A stretch of 64,000 nt of DNA from Lingula anatina (GCA_051362555.1 CM120640.1:38480788-38544787); one strand, 5' to 3'. Counted from the stretch's first letter, positions 1 through 56,636 are shown. A program made the numbers and translations. The notes: generated by a model not told the origin, from the letters alone.

Positions 1-110
1 AAAATATCTCTGGATCTTCTCCTGGGAGATGTAAAATACTATACAAGTCAGAGAACATTTCTAATAATTCAAATACATTGCACCCAGCTTTATTAATGTG
101 TCTTACTCAC

Positions 111-25464
<25,354 letters not shown>

Positions 25465-27657
25465 TGGAACGAGTTTGAATGCTTCTTCTAGTTAGGCTAC
25501 CAACGCTTCATCTTCAAATTTTTGTTCTCTTGCCAAGCCCCTCGACCACATCTTCGAGTGTGGATTTCTTACCATAAAACTGGCAACATTGTTTTTGACT
25601 CTGAAGACGGGCAGCAGTTTATCTTTCTTTGCACTCTCACAACATATAGTCCTGCTTATCTAAAATTCTATGACAATTTTGTATACATCACAAACTGTGG
25701 TGCGACATCAACTCTAATGCACCTCAGCATGCACGGAGCTCAATGCATTTTTGATAAGACTTAGGTCACCAAATAAAAGCTATTGCCTTGCTGTGAAAGT
25801 GTCGTGGACCGTGACTTAGTCGGAAGAGGGGCCAACAGGTGGTATATTAATGCAAGTAGATCGTCCTAAGATAAAACTCAAACTAGCGATAAAAATCAAT
25901 TAAAATGTCTCAGTTCACAGCAACTCTCCCCCTCTTCCCTTGAACACACTCACAAACACGTGCTTTTGCCCATGATGACCTCTCACGTGTGCTTTTAAAT
26001 CACTTTTCAAGCTTATGAAGACAGATGTTATGGAAACTTTATTATGACTTTATTTTGCGTACACTTCTTTAAGTTGATCCACGCTTACAGCAGGGTTATC
26101 GCTTAATAGTTTTTTTTTTCTTACTGTTTTTCGCCATCAGACAAAACTTTCATTTTAGATCAAATGAAAAATCGAAGATGTAAGTCATCATCTTTAAAAA
26201 AATACCACACCAGAATACAAAATTTGTCAGTCTACCCGACGGAGCCCCGATAAATGTAAATTGGACTATTTGCTGTCTGGTATCTGGAGCTATTATGGGC
26301 ATGAATAAGTAGATTTTGCGAGGATAAGAGTTACGGGCACTCAGGTAGAACAATAAATTTGTATGGCGAGCGAAATTTCATCCGCGGGTCTCAACAAAAG
26401 ATCCCACAAATCAACATGCATTGCTTCAAGCTGTTTGAAACCTCAGCTGTCTTTTGCCGTAAACATGCTAAAAATGCTAAAATACTTTTGTTCGTATGTA
26501 TTTTTCAATAAACAGATTTGTGAGTTGCAGTTGTGAGTCAATGCTTTAAAAATTTAATGTCTTTCTTTCAAACTTACATAATTTCTTTGATTAATATAAC
26601 CTTGGGTACAATAACATGCCAAAACTCCATTGCAAACTCTCATGAATTCTAATACAAATTACTTTAAATTCATTGGTCCAAGTTCAGATTAATCCGAGGG
26701 GTTCGTTGGGGAACTAAACGAGTTGGGGCAAACCATCAACACGATTATCGCAGCAGCCACTGCAGCACACCTACTACAATCAACACAACCAAACGCAATT
26801 CTTCATTTGCTATTGGCCCTAGTCACCAACAAGTATATATATGTATGCGTGCTGGGTATCATTATCTGTTTTTATCATTTGTGGCATATATATAATAGCC
26901 ATTTCAGGGAAGGAATGTTTCGCCTTGCGGTGCATATCTGATATTTTGTCAACGTTGTTTTGCATCAACCAGAGGTCGGATACAGTTGACAAAATGCAGT
27001 ACAAAACTATATTTAACTCAAAATAGTTTTTCCTTCGTGCTTTTAGATGTGGCCTGTATATGTTTTAACATCAAAACCATCAAGCATCTTTGTACCTTAA
27101 AGAATTTTCCTATTTAAGATGGGGGGGGGGGGGGGGTATTTCGTCAGGGTATAAGCAACGATGGAGATTCTTTCGGTGCAAGTTTAAGTAGCCTTTCCTC
27201 GGAATGAAAGAACGTAAGATTCCTTCCCCTTTAAGTTTCTAAATATAACACAGAGTTTCAATATTCATATTAAAAATCCATAGCAACTTTGGATTTCAAT
27301 AACATCGACGAACTTAATTACAAGGAATATCTAAAGAATACTTCTGGCAACGCAAGATCTTTTTATTGAATTTAAGTTTACAAAGGTGATAAGACCTCTT
27401 GTGCAAGGAGGAAACTGTGACTTAAGATGTTGCTATGGAATACTGTTACTATTGGGGCCTAGAACGCTCATCTGGAAATACTTTAGGGAACTTATAATAC
27501 GAAGAAGATCGTGTTGTACAGTTAGAACGATCTATAACAGCAGCATTGCCTGTTATATTATCTCATGTTATCAGCACTGCGGGTCAGAGAATACCATCAC
27601 TAAGTACGTCACAGCACAGTGATACAGCAAGGGTGAAGTCCAGTAACCAACAATTCA

Positions 27658-28722
27658 ATGGCATTTACAGAAAGTTACTACGAGTACATCATTGCACGGG
27701 AAATATGGCGAGTTTTCCCTCCGCTTTACTTGTGTATCGGCACCGTGGGTAATGTGTTGACATTTCTTGTCATGTGCCGAAAGGGGATGCGTCACCTGCC
27801 ATCAGCACTTTACCTAGCAGCTCTAGCAGTGACAGATACAGTGGCAATTTGGGTTGGCCTAATGCGCCATATTTTGAAAGAGTACAACGGATATGATCTC
27901 CTAAGGAGTAGTTTGTTTATGTGTCTTGGTCAGCGTTTTGTACTGTACTTCGCCTTGGATGCTTCCGCATGGATTCTTGTGGTAGTGACACTGGAGCGAT
28001 TTATATCGGTCGTTGTACCTTACAGACTCAACTTGAAATTCTCCATGAAAAGAGCAAGAATCTCCCTTATTATAGTTGCTGTATTCACAACATTCCAAGA
28101 TTCGTATGTGTTTTTTACAAGAGGGCTGGAATACGATATTAACTCAAATGGCACTGAGGTCTTGGTTGACGTGTGTGGGTTTGTTTCACCGAATGCGAAA
28201 TATTTCTGGGAGGAGATTCTTCCGTGGTACGTGTCGTCTTTCTACGTTCTGGGACCATTTCTCTCCATGATCATTCTCAATTCTTTCATCATTCGCAAAC
28301 TGTTCATTTTGAGAAAAACTCGTCTTGACGCCTCTGTAAGCCTTTCGCGCACGAGTCAGCAGTCGAATAGAGATGTAAGTTGTTCTCAACAGGATTCCGA
28401 AAGGTCGTCAGTATCTCGCCCGGACAACACGGTCTCATTCACTATAATGCTACTGTGGGTCTCGTTCATTTTCCTTATTCTTACTTTCCCTAGCACGGTA
28501 AATTTGCTGATGGAGAAACGTATTGCCAAAGAATCCGACCCCCATCGCAGGGCGGTGTTTGCATTGGTGGTGTCCATAGCGCACGTGATGAACTATTTGA
28601 ATCACACGGTTACCTTTTTTCTCTACTGTTTGACAGGAAAACGGTTTCGAAGGGAGTTGTGCAAGATGTTTTCTGATTTAAGGGTATTTTGTTCACGTTC
28701 TAGAGTGGAACCACACATATGA
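27658..28722 (+). CDS. Intronless class A GPCR, FMRFamide-receptor-like / orphan peptide or chemoreceptor family
   Basis: 354-aa ORF with seven hydrophobic segments: GTVGN (TM1), LAALAVTD (TM2), SAWILVVVTLERFISV (TM3), ILTFP (TM6), YLNHTVTFFLYCLTGKRFR (TM7/helix 8). Confidence 0.9.
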   Translation: MAFTESYYEYIIAREIWRVFPPLYLCIGTVGNVLTFLVMCRKGMRHLPSALYLAALAVTDTVAIWVGLMRHILKEYNGYDLLRSSLFMCLGQRFVLYFALDASAWILVVVTLERFISVVVPYRLNLKFSMKRARISLIIVAVFTTFQDSYVFFTRGLEYDINSNGTEVLVDVCGFVSPNAKYFWEEILPWYVSSFYVLGPFLSMIILNSFIIRKLFILRKTRLDASVSLSRTSQQSNRDVSCSQQDSERSSVSRPDNTVSFTIMLLWVSFIFLILTFPSTVNLLMEKRIAKESDPHRRAVFALVVSIAHVMNYLNHTVTFFLYCLTGKRFRRELCKMFSDLRVFCSRSRVEPHI

Positions 28723-31700
28723 AGTGCTCCGAGTTTTCTTTTATGTGACAGTATTGCGTCTTAAATATTTTGTATTGTTTTGGAACGCATTTATAACTAT
28801 ATAAGTGTACCTGTGGCAATTAAACATTTGTTTCTAAGATGGCAAAAACGATTAGCGCTACTTACCACCGCAAAAGAAGTGTTTTTACCTCCGTTTGTTT
28901 GTCACCAAACTAACCTAAAAACTTAAGGGTGGATTTTGATGAAATTTTCAAGATAGGTCAGAAATGGGCCAACTTAAAATAGTTTACAATTTGGTGCCGA
29001 TCCATTGACCAATTAATGGTTAATTATTAATAAATTACTTCTCCTGGCGGAGGCTTGCGCCCTCTGAGTGTTTTTCTCGTTTTAATGTTTTTCATTCAAA
29101 ATCCTTCTATATACAGTAAAGATTTTTTATCAGATCCTTATCGTCACGTTCAATGAAATTTCAGTTTTTGACATGACTCATCACAAAAATCGCTTTATTT
29201 TGAAGAGTGAATGAAAAAAGTATTCGTCCCATTTAGTTTAAAACGGATAGTTTAGGGAAAACCAGTCTTGCACATCGATTACATTTTTTTTTATTTTGAG
29301 AAAAACTGTCCACCAATACACATGAGAAATCTAAATAGATTTGCCTGAAAATATCAGCAATTTATCTTTTATCAACTAGGTGCCCTTTATCCAAAATCGT
29401 TGAGACGATCCATATACCCGTTTTCTAGCTCTTATGGTTTCTGAATTTCACCGTTACGAGTAGAATTCGCCAGTCTTAATATCCCCCACCAGAATGGCTT
29501 TAAAATGAAATTCTTAGAAAAGAAAACCCGGTTTATAGCTCGTGATCTTGTGATTTATTTCACCATGATGATTTAGAAAGTGTTGAAAGTTTCAGTAAAA
29601 TTTAAGTTTATAATATCATGGGCGTAACTAGGCATACGCACGGATGCACTGTGCGTACAATTTTTTTGGGCCAACCATGATATTATTTTATATAAATTTA
29701 GTGTATTTTTTACGAAATATATATCGAAAATCCTCTGCGAATTAAAGTCACCTGTATGTACAAATCCTCTGTATACGCACAATTGTTCTGACCCCCCGTC
29801 TTGCATACTTTTATTCAACTGAGGTAAACAATGACTGTTACCTTTACAAGTCCTATCTTAATCGTCCATCTAACTGGAACATCCTTTACCTCTTAATTGG
29901 ATGGTTAAGTGGCCTTCAACTCTCCTGTAGTCATGAGATTAACGAACGCACTGTCGCTGGCGATATTTATCTTAGGTAAAATCTACCTGTGTGTTATTTT
30001 CAAAGAGCAGCTCCCGCAACCCTGGGGGCACTAGATAAAATCTGGACACCAGGTTTAATAAGGAGCTAGAAAAACAAAGGAAGAATTTTTCCTGCAAAGC
30101 TTCAAAGAATTTCACACGGACTTGATCCAGCTTAGCCCTCCAAACTAACAGGGTGACATGGGCAATTTTCACAAACAAATAATTAAACTTAGATGTATCA
30201 GAGCTCTATTGTGTCATATAATTGGTTGTTTTTGGGAGCCATGCACCCGCATGAAAGCTGGATGAAACCGTATATAAGTTCAACTCAGAGGAGGATCCAG
30301 GATTATTCGAAGAGGGGAGGGGGGTCCGCTGATGCGAACTTAGCTTCCTTTTAAATGAATATACCGTTCTGGGTCAATAAAAATATTGAAACTTTATTAA
30401 ATCGCAAGAATATTTTTTACTTAAATGATGATTTTATTATTAATGGAAATTAAGCTACGATGTGTGGTACATATGCTGTGATTACGCTGCCCTTCATCTG
30501 TTGCGTTAGTCTACATTTTGCTGTACGTGCTGGGTATTTTAAAAATCTGTGCGTACAATTTTTAAAGGTCTGGTTACGCCCCTGAATATAGAGGTGTAAG
30601 TCGCAATGTGACTTTTAAGTTAAAACATGCTCGCTTTAGTTTGCTGATTCAGACGATCGTGTAATATAATCTGCGATAAAATCTTGTCATCAATTATTCA
30701 ATCAGGAGGATTATGCGTAGTTCAGTCGCTGTCTTTGCAAATGCACTCCAATCCACACATATCAAATTCCTATTGACACACGATAAAATAAATAAATAAT
30801 TACCAAACACTCTTATCTTGGGCCGACCGGGCTTATCGAATACCATACGCATTTTAATTTCAAATGAAAATGTGTATAGAAAGAATAAGGTAGTTATTGC
30901 TCAGCTACAGTTAGTGTCACTATTGGTCTGGCTCGATAAATGAAAATCTGTTTTAACTAGGATTCATGATTAAAAAGATCTTAGCTAAAAGAAACTTGAA
31001 TTTCATTATACATGTATTATTCATTTTAAGTAGGAAGTTGACAATAGCCTATAATGTTTCTTTTACTTAAATGATTATCTCTACTTAAATATTTATTACA
31101 CTAATGAGGGTAAAATATTGCTTCTTTATTTCACTCAAATAATAACCATACCTAAAGTCTATAGCTAATGTGTTTGTAAAAAGATGCAATGGACGGTATA
31201 AAAAAAAAAACAGGTCACGCTAGCACCCTGTTAAGTTCATTACACCTAAATAATGTACATACGTTTGTTTCAGGACTATTTCCTGAACTATGCGCATTGT
31301 TTCTCGTTTCTCCCCAATGCAAATTTCTCAGCCTAAGTAATTTTCATTACTTTAAAAGCTTTGGTACATTATCTCTTTTTGAATAGGAAATACGAACAAA
31401 AAATCTGTTCATTAGTGATCAATAAATTACATCAACACAGTCAACCGAACGACAGGGCAATTTACCCGGCGCTTCTGCCTTTAGATTCCGCAACGGTTTT
31501 GTATTTACCGTCATCAGGACAACGCGGCTACGCGGAAGTTTGAAATGACCATAGAAAGCAGTTACTCGTAGTTCAGTAATCAGAAATTTAACGTTATATG
31601 CAAAGGTAATACGGCTAACACGAAATTAAATTATAAATTATTCACGAAAAAGAAGGGAGTAGGAATAAATAGTGTGATGGATTAATTTATTGCCAGACGC

Positions 31701-32207
31701 AATATGTAACCATTCCGATCATCATTTCCCTACCCTCGATTTGATTGGATTATATTCGCTAAAGTGATGTTACAAGATGCACTTAGTAATCAATATTATC
31801 AGTGAAATCAACGCTGATGATAGAGCAGGAAGACATTTTCTTCCTGAAAATACCAGAATTCAGATGTAGATAAGAGAAGGACTTTCCAGGAAAGGAGAGG
31901 GAGCGTCAAGTGAAAATACTAGCGATGTTTTTTTATGTTGATACTGGAACCTACGTGTAGCTTGATGTTTCCTCTGAAGATGTTCTTTCGCCTCATACCT
32001 CAGCAAGATATCATTCCAAGAAGTGAAGAATGCTCTAAGCATAGGTCTAGTACGTCGAGAGAATAACGCCCCAGTAGTGTTGTAATATATACATTTGTTG
32101 CTGAGAACTGTCAAATTATTTACGAAACACGCTCTTAGAGCCCGTGGCAGTACCATTACGTACTATATATCGACAAGATTGGTCTTTTAAACCGTGGTAG
32201 CTCAGCC

Positions 32208-33314
32208 ATGATGAACTGTTCTAACTGGACAATAGAACTTAATGATAACAGGACTTTTCATATCTGCTCGTCAAATCAGTGCGCCTGTTCGTTGCTGGGG
32301 CAACCATGCATCTTCGATAAAGTTGCACCAGGACTCTTGGTTCTTGGAACAGTTGGCAATATCCTTGTCTTAATAGTCATGTCAAGGCGGCATATTCGTT
32401 GCACGGATATTGGCATGTATCTGTGTTGCCTAGCAGTCGCAGATCTTGTTATTTTGTGGACTGGTCTTTTACGCCATTTATTAATCTATTACAGTGGTTT
32501 TGACGTTAGAAATATGAGCGATTTTCTTTGCAAAACGCAGAGGTTTGTTTTATATTGTAGTTTGGACACTTCCGCATGGATTTTAGTAGCTGTGACTATA
32601 GATCGTTTTATTTCAGTACGTTGGCCTTGGCGAACTGTGTCTTCACGTGTCAAGGCTGGTGCTATTCATAGAGTAATGAAAGTCTTGGCCCTCATCGTGA
32701 CACTGGTCATTTTAAAGAACCTCCATGTCTTTTGGACATGTTCGTTGGTATCTAATGGAATCGCCAAATGTTCCTATCCAACAGACGAATACAAGCATTT
32801 TTGGAAGCATATCTTACCATGGCTAGTATTTTCATTGTACGGATTCGGACCGTTTACGCTGATATTTATTTTCAATGTGCTCATTATTCGTCAGCTACTT
32901 ATTCGGAGCAAAGGATGTCCGAATGTTGACCAGATTACTCCTACCACCGGAAGGCATTCAGAAGTGGGAGAAATTGAAATGGTCCAGAGGACAAATAGGA
33001 CCATGTCCACAAGATCGATTCGCCGTCGACAGTCAAAGACCCGGTCCACCACACTAATGCTCCTTGTGGCTTCGTTTGCGTTCCTCATTCTGGCAACCCC
33101 GAGTTTTGTGAAACTAATAACGGATCCATATTGGCGGGATGGCTCTGAGCACTCTCAGAAAATACACCGTCTTGTAGAACAGATAGTTCTTATTTTGTTA
33201 TATACTAATCACAGCATAAATTTCCTATTGTATTTCATTTCTGGTAGGAAATTTCGTGATGCACTTAAGAATATATGTACAGATATATTTAGGCCTGGGG
33301 GTCGAGCGAGATAG
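32208..33314 (+). CDS. Intronless class A GPCR, paralogue of 27658-28722
   Basis: 368-aa ORF with N-terminal sequons (NCS, NWT, NRT), GTVGN, LAVAD, QRFVLYCSLDTSAWILVAVTIDRFISV, LATP and YTNHSINFLLYFISGRKFR. Confidence 0.9.
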   Translation: MMNCSNWTIELNDNRTFHICSSNQCACSLLGQPCIFDKVAPGLLVLGTVGNILVLIVMSRRHIRCTDIGMYLCCLAVADLVILWTGLLRHLLIYYSGFDVRNMSDFLCKTQRFVLYCSLDTSAWILVAVTIDRFISVRWPWRTVSSRVKAGAIHRVMKVLALIVTLVILKNLHVFWTCSLVSNGIAKCSYPTDEYKHFWKHILPWLVFSLYGFGPFTLIFIFNVLIIRQLLIRSKGCPNVDQITPTTGRHSEVGEIEMVQRTNRTMSTRSIRRRQSKTRSTTLMLLVASFAFLILATPSFVKLITDPYWRDGSEHSQKIHRLVEQIVLILLYTNHSINFLLYFISGRKFRDALKNICTDIFRPGGRAR

Positions 33315-34049
33315 AATATTTAGGCCCAAGAGGCGTCGAAAAGTAACGGATCGAAATATTTCCTTGAATGAGAAATTTAATGTAATAGAAAGCTAAATTG
33401 CATTGAAAACCTTAATTTTTTGAGCAGCCGAAAGATATCGATAAATTCAGTTGTAAGTAGTCACAACAATTAATATGTTCAATATTTTTTATAGATATAT
33501 GGGGCTAATTTAATGTTTATATTAGATGAAACTATCTTGTCATTTGTATTTTTAACCTGGTTTAAAATTTTAACAAGTGCAGAAACACCGAACCTGCTTT
33601 TTTAATAAACCTATTATTTTCATTTTTTTCTGTAATATAAATGGTTTTAATTTCCATTCCGTTTTTCATTCATCATCGATCCTGTTCATCATCCAATTGC
33701 TTCCTTTACTTTGAGTGGTTACGCTGATGCAGTAGCATCAATGAATTGCGTATAATAATCATGGGCGCTGTATTCGTAAACATAGTTAGCCACAGAAAAT
33801 AATAGAATAATGGAAATAGTAAGTTTTCTTAATTACATCGTATGAGCACTATCTGTGTGACGGAAAAATATTGTATTTAAAGCTTTTAACATTTCTGTGA
33901 TTTAAAGAGTTCTTAGAAGCCCCCATCCAAATACAATGTGTTAATCAATTGATGCAAACAATAAACAATAAACAAAACTCTCAACTTGTCGCAAATTGTC
34001 CGAAATAATAATAATAACAATAATAATAATGATAATAATAAAAATAATA

Positions 34050-34495
34050 ACTAGAAAAGCACTCAGAGAGCGCAAACCTCCGCCAAGGCAGCAAAGTTTC
34101 CATCCAATGCCATTTCACCCCTAAAATTTCGATATTTTTTTATTAGTGATTATTGATTGATTATTGATCCGGATCACCACCAAAAACTAATCATCTCCTC
34201 CTTGGCCCACTTCTGACAGTTCCTGAAAATTTCATCAAAATCGGTTCATAACTTTTTGAGTTATTAAATTATTGTTTTTCTTTTTGTCAAGAGCTTATAA
34301 AATATGTGGGTATTACCTCCAATATTTCTGTGACTGTCAGTCACCATCATCAGGGAGTAAATTTATAAAAAGAAAAACAATAATTTAATTTGATACATAC
34401 AAAGCTAATGAAACTGTTCTCTCATTTTTGAGTTATGTTGATGACAGACGGACAAACAAACAGGGGTGAAAACATAACCTCCTTGGCGGAGGTAA
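34050..34495 (+). repeat. Interspersed repeat (ACTAGAAAAGCACTCAGAGAGCGCAAACCTCCGCCAAGG...CCTTGGCGGAGGTAA), possibly Helentron-like; inverted relative at 28862-29080
   Basis: Subterminal inverted repeat ACCTCCGCCAAGG / CCTTGGCGGAGGT and internal GATCCGGATC palindrome. The same motifs occur reverse-complemented at 28862-29080. Interrupted by an insertion at 34265-34424. Confidence 0.7.
34265..34424 (-). mobile_element. Short palindromic insertion with 12-bp target duplication and hammerhead-like core (Penelope-like remnant)
   Basis: TTTTTGAGTTAT at 34253-34264 and 34425-34436. Inverted arms TTAAATTATTGTTTTTCTTTTT / AAAAAGAAAAACAATAATTTAA. Minus-strand CTGATGA-stem-GAAA at 34353-34325. Confidence 0.55.
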
Positions 34496-35264
34496 TAATT
34501 CATTTGTCATTTAAAATGGATAATGATATTTTGACTGTAAACTATGCACAACGTGAATTTCACACTTGAATCGCTTTAGTAAACTTCATGTTTTAAACAC
34601 TTCGGGTGTTTCTGTGTGGTAGTTTGTATGAACTAAACGACGACAATTTGATACGAAATACGCTGCACTGTCAATCATTAAGTGAGAAATTAAAATATCC
34701 GCGTTTAAAATGTCACAAAGTCTTAGGGCAGGTGATTTAAATAAATCTCACTGGCCATTTAGTTGATTAGTAGCCCATACTGCATCTAGATGAAATTATC
34801 TAAATTAATTGACAAAGGCAGTGAAAGGAAATGTCTGAAAGTACTAGTAGGAAGATCCCTTTGTGATGAGACCGCAGGCCTATATAGGCTACACCGTACA
34901 AAGTATTAGCGACTTTCGGCTTGTGCCAATGTAAAAATGTAGCCCTTTATTTCCACACATCAAAATGTATTTTAAAACCTGAACTGATTTTTATATTTTT
35001 AATTGGAGAATTCTATAAATATAGGCCTATAGAAGAAAAGCGTCCTGGAAAAACGGCCTGGTACGACGGAAAAGCTATATGTTCCTGGAAAATTCCTGTT
35101 GTATCTGCTGCTATATTGATTGCCTCATTATTAATTTAAAGTCAAAATGAAAAACAAGGCAAAACTACTAACTCTATTTTTCTATGCAATTATTCTATGC
35201 AATTTTCCTATTGGCCGATGGCAAACCCTTCATAATGTAGGAGGGTGACATGGACGGCAGGAAG

Positions 35265-35517
35265 CAGGGGCGGATCCAGAATTGTTTGAAAGGGGGGGGG
35301 GGCGCCGATGCGAAGCAGACCTCCCCCCCCCCCCCCCCCCCTTGGCGTGGGGTATTTTAGGTATTTTAGGTAAATTTTGGTATTTTAGAGGGCGAACGGT
35401 GGTTTAAGACTATGATTCAGCTAGTCAAAATTCTAATTTCAAGAGGGGACCATTGGATTTTCCGAAATCGAAAGGGGGGGGGGGGTCAAGATCCCCCTCC
35501 CTCTAAACCCGCCACTG
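35265..35517 (+). mobile_element. MITE of the CAGGGGCGGATCCAG...CCGCCACTG family
   Basis: Inverted ends with internal G/C runs and GGAAG on both flanks. Related copies or fragments at 15498-15785, 23420-23560 and 30286-30340. Confidence 0.7.
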
Positions 35518-35735
35518 GGAAGTTATGGCCTAAATGGTAATTTCAAATCTGTTTGCCTGCATCACTGCGTCAGAATTATATATTAGCATGGCCCTGTCAA
35601 ATGATGTGGCTGATAGATGGTACAAAACTGAGTAGGGCCTAGCCTAAGACTAAAATTTGAAAATGAATAGCCTAAATAAGCAGGACTTGTATTTTTATAA
35701 TTAAGAGATGAACCGTTGCAGTGAATTTTGTGTTT

Positions 35736-35775
<40 letters not shown>

Positions 35776-35925
35776 TAGTAAAAACGTCACATCACTTTGA
35801 TGGATTCATGCAGTTAAGAGACTTCTGCTGTTAAAGATTAGGCCTATAGGCTACCTAGCACAAATTAATTTTGTGTAAGGTGATTTGAAATTCAGGACAA
35901 GATTGCGGCATTAGACTGTTTTGAT

Positions 35926-36100
35926 GGGGCCGTAGCAATAGTCCGAAGGTTCAATAGTCCGAAGGTTCATTGGTCCGAATATTCACTATAGAACCTTCGG
36001 ACCAATGAACCCTTGATTAAAAAAATCGATGAAAATGTTACCACATTTCGGACCAATGAACCTTCGGACCAATGAACCTTCGGACTATCGAGACGCCCCC
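35926..36100. mobile_element. Second copy of the GGGGCCGTAGC / TCCGAAGGTTCA MITE
   Basis: Near-identical to 8016-8173 with one extra subrepeat. No direct target-site duplication is visible here. Confidence 0.8.
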
Positions 36101-36487
36101 TTCAAAACGTATACAAAATTACAAAACTAAGAGGGTCTAAGAAAAAGAGAAGAGAAATAAATGAACATATCGTGCGTTCGCATGCGTTGTAGGCATTTGA
36201 GGGTGGTGTCTCTGCCACAATCACACTTGAGGGCCCGAGCCCTGGACATGACCTCACCAACCACAATCAGCTTCCCGCCAACGCGATACCTGCGCTATCG
36301 CTTATGCTCTACTAAAATAGTACTATATGAAATATGTGTTTATTTCTTTTTCTTCATTTCGAGCCACAGTTATCCGTCAAAATATTGAAAATATTATTTA
36401 AAACCAAAGCAAATCGATCAAATATCTATGTTTGAAGTATTTTTAGATATTTTATAGGGGAACTCAAGCGAACATTCACCTTTATTT

Positions 36488-36499
36488 GCCGCCATTTTG
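36488..36499. promoter_or_regulatory. YY1-type motif in the SMC3 promoter / 5' UTR
   Basis: GCCGCCATTTTG matches the YY1 consensus, ~140 bp upstream of the ATG. NRF1-like GCGCATGC sites occur at ~36845 and ~36179. Confidence 0.45.
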
Positions 36500-36640
36500 G
36501 ATTTGGTAGTTGTGATGAATGACCCCATGCTTCTTATGTAGCAAAATAGGTGTTTGATTTGATCTGCCAGTGGAATTGTGATCGGTTAAATTGGATGTCA
36601 ATTGGAGCTCTAACCGCACAAATACCACTGCGATACCATA

Positions 36641-48908
<12,268 letters not shown>

Positions 48909-50695
48909 TTTATATCCCTAGAGTTCAACATGATGTGCACTACTAACACAGGTGTAGTTAAAAGACAATCTTATGTGTTCTATGTACAAAAACCACTTCA
49001 AATGTAAGTGCTGCAGCTTCTGGATCAGATATATGCTCAAAGAGAGCCATTGGTTTAAACATGATTGTAATGGTAATTTTGTTCTTTGTCTGAAAGTTTG
49101 TATGCAAGTTTGGTATTACATTTTATACCATAACCTGCATCATCATTGTTTTCATTGTTGAACATAGAATCCATACAGCATTTAGAACAGTTTCAGAAAT
49201 GTATAAGAGTACTGTAGATAAAGGTGTACAAATTTTAGGTAATGCTTAACTGTATTTAGTGAAAGTAATTGTCTAACGTGTTAAACCCAGAAAAAGTGTA
49301 TTTTGAAGAGAAAGTTGTGAACAACACTGCCAAGAACTTATTTTCAGATTTTTAAAGCTTTGATGAGTAGATTTTGCTGTACAATAAGATTTGTGCTATT
49401 AGGTTATATGCTTTATGTATTACAGATGTTTAAGGTGTTGAAAGTTGTTGTAATGTAGTTGATGGGAAATGTTTGGATTTAGTCAATGTAAAATGTATCA
49501 ACAGTGAAAAAAACCTTTTTAATAGCATTCAGTGTTGTTTTTTTAAGGACAGATATTTGTAAAATGGCTATTGTATTAAGAAATGTTGATATCATTTTAC
49601 AATTTAACATCTTCCAGAAGCATTTGAGTTTCTTTACTGTTATTGCAAAGTCAAAACTAGGAAACTGTTTAGGTGTATAATCTGGCAGTTTGGGGAATAG
49701 ATTTGTTGTGACCTATTTTTCTGTGGAATTAACAAAATGCTTTTTGCATTTTACATAAAATTTAGTTCATTTTTACAAAAAAAAACTTATTTCATCCAAC
49801 AGTGGATGATTGATGTAAATATTTCAACTTACAGTAAGTAATTTTGTATTTTAATGTTTTGTATAGCCTCTGAAATTATTAGCTTTTTTATGTAAAAGTC
49901 ATTCCTATTTATCCTTATAAATCTGGTATTAAGCTGAAAATGTCATCAACTTCAGGTTAAAAAAACTGTCAGTCTTAGTGTATTTCATAACCTAAAATGT
50001 AAAATAACATTCTTATTTACCCAATGATAAATAATTGTTTATAAACAATCTTGTCTTAGATTTTTTTCTTTATTGTCAAATATCCAGTATTGACCACAAG
50101 GTCACTCTATAAAACACCGTTTAATTTGAAATTTTAAGAGAAGTGAAAGTATGTGGCAAATATCAACCTGAAATTCTTTTTTCATCAAATTATAATTGAA
50201 TGTACAGCTTTGGATGCTAAAATACAATAACCAGTCTCCAATCCTTTGTAAAATAACTGCAATGTATAAGAAGCATAAAATATGTGATATCTTATAAAAA
50301 TCTCATATGTCTAACAAAATATGTACATGAAAATGTACAATATAAAATTGTAATAATTGCAACATGGCAAAAGGGAATTTGTTACATCACTGGTTATCAC
50401 ACTTTTTTGGACCCAATAAGTTCATCTGGAATGAAAGGGAATGTGTATGTAAAACACTTTCCTCCAGGATATACAAGTATTCTTTAATCTTTAGATTCAC
50501 AACACGACTTGTTTAAAAGTATTTACATCAAATATTACATTTGTTTTAAAAAACTTAGCTAAATGCATTATCTAAACTCTCTTAATACATAGCTTCTAAA
50601 TTGCATTTGCAGTTTCTGCAAAATGTCTATAAAAGCATGTTCGTTCATGTCATAATGATGGACTATTTACAGTATGCTTTGGAAGCATTTTATAC

Positions 50696-56636
<5,941 letters not shown>

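Noticed and set aside
1-60. Possible next otoferlin exon at the left edge
   Set aside because: The available AG acceptors do not give a convincing in-frame match. It cannot be resolved without the flanking sequence.
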